A DNA stretch of 64,000 bases, from NCBI GenBank assembly GCA_031459915.1, contig JAVKHO010000003.1, positions 96,001 through 160,000 on the forward strand, given 5' to 3'. Source of the stretch: Candidatus Tepidifontimicrobium thermophilum (GTDB lineage Bacteria; Sysuimicrobiota; Sysuimicrobiia; Sysuimicrobiales; Sysuimicrobiaceae). Position numbers and translations under genes: made by a program. Positions 60,745 through 64,000 of the stretch are shown here, in pieces. Position 1 is the stretch's first letter, and each line of letters begins with the position of its first letter. The notes beneath the pieces are model-generated. The model was not told where the DNA came from and searched no databases. It saw only the letters and a list, made by a program, of their open reading frames with translations.

Positions 60745-61917
60745 ATGGAGAACTACCGGTACCTCATCGTCGGGGGCGGCATGAGTGCCGACGCGGCCGT
60801 GCGGGGGATCCGGGAGCTGGACCCCGACGGGACCGTGGGGTTGGTGAGCGCGGAGCCGTACCCGCCGTACAACCGGCCGCCGCTGTCCAAGGGACTGTGG
60901 AAGGGGGCTCCCCTGGAACGGGTGTGGCGGCGGACGGAGGAACTCGGCGTGTCCCTGCACCTGGGGCGGACGGTGCAGGTCCTGGACCTGAGACACAAGC
61001 AGGTGACGGACGACACGGGGCAGGTGTACGGCTTCGAGCGTCTGCTCCTGGCCACGGGTGGAACGCCTCGGCGGCTGCCGCAGGACGGTCTCCTTTACTT
61101 CCGGACCCTGGACGATTACCAGCGCTTGCGGCAGCTGGCGGAGGAAGGGCGCCGCTTCCTCGTCATCGGAGGCGGATTCATCGGCTCGGAGATCACCGCG
61201 GCTCTGGTCCATGCGGGCAGGTCGGTGACCATGACGTTCCTGGAAGCGGGGGTCGGCGGCCGCCTGTTCCCCCGTGGTCTGTCCCTTTTCCTGAACGACT
61301 ACTACCGGGAGCGCGGTGTGGAGGTGCTCCCGGAGGAGAGCGTGGTGGCCGTGGAGCGGGTGGGGAGCCAGTTCCTGGTGCACCTGCAGTCCGGCCAGCG
61401 GGTCCAAGCAGACGCGGTGGTGGCGGGGCTGGGGATCCGGCCGAACACCGAGCTGGCTTCCTCCGCCGGGCTCCCCGTGGAGGACGGCATCGTGGTGGAT
61501 GAGTTCCTACGGGCTGGCCACCCCGACGTGTTCGCCGCGGGCGACGTGACGCGCTTCTTCAACCCGACCCTGGGGGTGCGTCTGCGGGTTGAGCACGAGG
61601 ACAACGCCAACGCCCAGGGCCGCACCGCGGGACGCAACATGGCGGGCGCCCAGGAGCCCTACACGCACCTGCCGTTTTTCTACTCCGACCTGTTCGACCT
61701 CGGGTACGAGGCGGTGGGCGAGCTGGACCCGCGCCTGGAGGTGGTGGAGGACTGGCAGGAGCCGTACCGCCAGGGAGTGGTGTACTACCTGGAGGGCGGG
61801 CGGGTGCGGGGCGTGTTGCTGTGGAACGTCTGGGGCCAAGTGGACGCCGCCCGTCAGCTCATCGGAGAGCCGGGCCCGCATGACGCCGGAAGCCTGCGGG
61901 GGCGGCTGCCTCAGTGA
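60745..61917 (+). CDS. NAD(P)/FAD-dependent oxidoreductase (ferredoxin reductase-like)
   Basis: IVGGG, PYNRPPLSK, LLATG, IGGGFIGSE, FAAGD, RVEH, PFFYSD. Confidence 0.9.
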   Translation: MENYRYLIVGGGMSADAAVRGIRELDPDGTVGLVSAEPYPPYNRPPLSKGLWKGAPLERVWRRTEELGVSLHLGRTVQVLDLRHKQVTDDTGQVYGFERLLLATGGTPRRLPQDGLLYFRTLDDYQRLRQLAEEGRRFLVIGGGFIGSEITAALVHAGRSVTMTFLEAGVGGRLFPRGLSLFLNDYYRERGVEVLPEESVVAVERVGSQFLVHLQSGQRVQADAVVAGLGIRPNTELASSAGLPVEDGIVVDEFLRAGHPDVFAAGDVTRFFNPTLGVRLRVEHEDNANAQGRTAGRNMAGAQEPYTHLPFFYSDLFDLGYEAVGELDPRLEVVEDWQEPYRQGVVYYLEGGRVRGVLLWNVWGQVDAARQLIGEPGPHDAGSLRGRLPQ

Positions 61918-62061
61918 TCCGGCGCCGGGTGGGCTGACGGGCCGACGCCGCGCACGGCCTGGAGGCCGTGCCTTGATCCGCGCCCGCCGAGGCGGGACCA
62001 TAGGGACGGCGGTGCGGCCGAGGGCGTCGCCGAACCGGACGGCCGCACGCGCGGCCAGTCC

Positions 62062-62751
62062 ATGGAGCCGTGGCGGGTCACGCGGAAGCGATTCAACTCG
62101 TTACCCGGTCACTGCCCGGTGACGTGGGCCCTGGTGCTCGCGAACGGGGTCACCTTTCTGGCGTCGTTTCTCGGAGTCCCCTTGCCCCTGTCGTTTCACC
62201 CGTACACCGTGGCGGCGCGGCCCTGGACCCTGCTCACGTACGCCCTCGACGGCAGCGGCTCGGTGGTCTCGCTGCTTCTGTCCGGCTACGTGCTGTGGCT
62301 GTTCGGCGGGAGCCTGGAGCGGGGGTGGCTGGGACGGGACTACCTGCGTTTCCTGGTGCTCACCACGGCGGCACCTGCGGTGGGGCTGTGGTTGGCGGAG
62401 GTATGGCTGGGCCGCGCGGCAGGCCTCTCCGGACTGTGGGTACCCGTGGCCGCCTGTGCGGTGGCGTGGTCGCTTTTGCACCCCGGGGAGCGGCTTTTGG
62501 TGTACTTCGCGATCCCCGTGGACGGGCGGTGGATTGGGATCCTCAGCGCCGTCCTGGTCTTCTTCTCCTTCCCGTTCCCCCTGGGTGCCTTTGCCCTGGC
62601 GGGCTGCGCGGTGGCGTGGGGGTACGCGTCCGGCGGGCGGTACAGGATGCAGCACGTCTCGGTGCGCGTCCCGAACCCCCTGGAGGCCTTCCGCCGGTGG
62701 CGGCGGAAACGCGAGTTCCTGAGGCTCATGCGGCGCAGCGGCCTCCACTGA
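62062..62751 (+). CDS. rhomboid-like membrane protein
   Basis: PWTLLTY, LWLFGGSLER.W, GLSG; catalytic His not evident. Confidence 0.65.
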   Translation: MEPWRVTRKRFNSLPGHCPVTWALVLANGVTFLASFLGVPLPLSFHPYTVAARPWTLLTYALDGSGSVVSLLLSGYVLWLFGGSLERGWLGRDYLRFLVLTTAAPAVGLWLAEVWLGRAAGLSGLWVPVAACAVAWSLLHPGERLLVYFAIPVDGRWIGILSAVLVFFSFPFPLGAFALAGCAVAWGYASGGRYRMQHVSVRVPNPLEAFRRWRRKREFLRLMRRSGLH

Positions 62752-62875
62752 ACCATATGAACCGCAGCGCTTCCCTGGGAAGCCGCCAGCGCTGGACTGC
62801 GGGGAACCTCCTTCACAGAGCGTTGACCGTCCAGGGCGAACCTGGAGGGAAAGCCGGGCGGGGAGGTCGGGCGTT

Positions 62876-63241
62876 ATGAAGAGCGGATGGGCCCCGACGT
62901 GGTACGGGCTGGCCCTCGCGCTGGCGGTCACGGCGACCGGCGCCGCGTGGGCCCACCACGGCTGGTCCTCGTACGACGAGGGCCGGCTGCTGACCCTGGC
63001 CGGGGCCGTGGAAGAGGCGCGTTTCGAGCACCCACACGTCACCGTGCGGGTGCGAGGGGACAACCGGGTGTGGCTGGTGATCCTGCCTCCTCCCACCCGG
63101 GCCGCGGCCGCGGGACTGTCGCCGGACCTGCTGGGGCCCGGGGTCAGGGTGTCCGTGGAGGGTTACCCGCACCGCAGGGACCCCGCGGAGGTGCGGGCGC
63201 TGCGGCTGGTGGTGGGGGACCGGGTCTTCAGACTGCGGTGA
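62876..63241 (+). CDS. DUF6152-like exported protein
   Basis: Signal peptide ending AWA-HHGWSSYD; PH motif; VEGYP. Confidence 0.7.
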   Translation: MKSGWAPTWYGLALALAVTATGAAWAHHGWSSYDEGRLLTLAGAVEEARFEHPHVTVRVRGDNRVWLVILPPPTRAAAAGLSPDLLGPGVRVSVEGYPHRRDPAEVRALRLVVGDRVFRLR

Positions 63242-63723
63242 ACCACGGCCCGGGTTGGGCGCTGGTGTTGGAGCGGTCGGGGCTGGCGGTCTGGATGCGC
63301 CAAGCCCTGTGGGCGTACCCTGCCGCCGAAGTCGGGCACCTGCTGGGTGTGGTACTGCTGGCGGGCTGCGCGGCGGCCCTGGATCTGCGGCTGTTGGGGC
63401 TGTCCCAGCACCTGTCGGTGCGGCAGCTGGCCGGGCACCTGCTGCCGTGGGCGTGGCGAGGGTTCGGCCTCGTGGTGGTGACGGGGGCGGCTATGTTCGC
63501 GGCCCACGCGTCGGACTGGTGGCACAACCCTGCCTTTCCAGTCAAGATGGGGTTGGTGGCAGCGGGTGGGGTGAACGTGTGGGCCTTCCACCGTGGTGTG
63601 TACCGGTGGGCGGCTTTCTGGGACCAGGGCCCGCCGCCGCGGGCCGCGCGGGTGGCAGGTGCGGTCTCCTTGGCGGTGTGGATGGCGGTGGTGGCGTGCG
63701 GTCGGTTGCTGGCGTACCTGTAA
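63238..63723 (+). CDS. DUF6644-like membrane protein
   Basis: YPAAEVGHLLG, DLRLLG, NPAFPVKM, GRLLAY; follows the DUF6152-like gene. Confidence 0.7.
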   Translation: MNHGPGWALVLERSGLAVWMRQALWAYPAAEVGHLLGVVLLAGCAAALDLRLLGLSQHLSVRQLAGHLLPWAWRGFGLVVVTGAAMFAAHASDWWHNPAFPVKMGLVAAGGVNVWAFHRGVYRWAAFWDQGPPPRAARVAGAVSLAVWMAVVACGRLLAYL

Positions 63724-64000
63724 GGCGCGCAGTCCTTCTCACAGTTGCAGCGGCGCTGGTGGCCGCATCCGCTGCGGCTTCCCAGACGTTCGCGGCTCAG
63801 GTCCTCTACGAGCGGGCGGCCCCTGCGGTCGCCCTCGTGCGGACCCTCCAGGAGGACCGGCAGGGGACCGGCAGCGCGTTCGCGATCTCCCGCGACGGCT
63901 GGGTCCTCACCGCGGCCCACGTGGTACGCCGCGCGGAGCGGATCTCCGCGGAGTTCGAGGTCGGGCGGAGAGTGCCCGCCCGACTGGTGGGCTACGACGC
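63696..64000 (+). CDS. exported trypsin-like serine protease (5' part only)
   Basis: Manual translation: signal peptide...PAVALV...GTGSAFAISRDGWVLTAAHVV...ARLVGYD; runs off the window end; start uncertain. Confidence 0.8.
   Translation, partial: MRSVAGVPVRRAVLLTVAAALVAASAAASQTFAAQVLYERAAPAVALVRTLQEDRQGTGSAFAISRDGWVLTAAHVVRRAERISAEFEVGRRVPARLVGYD

Overview
A 64-kb, very GC-rich (roughly 70% by eye), gene-dense chromosomal segment. It probably comes from a thermophilic Terrabacteria-type organism; the Firmicutes-like synteny with diderm-style content suggests Armatimonadota/Sysuimicrobiota, which is inference only. Most of it is housekeeping: a peptide ABC transporter, mfd-prsA-mazG-S4-eno-ftsB, the rib operon with an FMN riboswitch, zur-znuACB, hppA, tmk-darA-holB, nfo and tRNA-Ser. 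I saw no integrase, transposase or CRISPR array. The standout is an apparently RNA-level nitrogen regulon at 19.4-34.2 kb. glnA, amtB and an ANTAR response regulator each have a sigma70-type promoter followed by a leader. Together these leaders carry five copies of a hexaloop hairpin GGC-C(A/G)(C/G)GAC-GCC, each overlapping an intrinsic-terminator-like stem. A second ANTAR regulator is paired with a HisKA_2 kinase whose first GAF domain resembles the glutamine/2-oxoglutarate-sensing GAF of EI-Ntr (PtsP). An unannotated 35-aa membrane protein follows amtB, no PII/GlnK gene is present in the window, and gltB is preceded by a ykkC-motif (probably ppGpp-type) riboswitch. Other oddities are a stand-alone BcsA-like synthase with two PilZ domains and a structured leader, a DsrE/SaoD-like gene inside the zinc-uptake operon, two pseudogenes (Hsp20, Kelch) and an 18-bp x3 tandem repeat.
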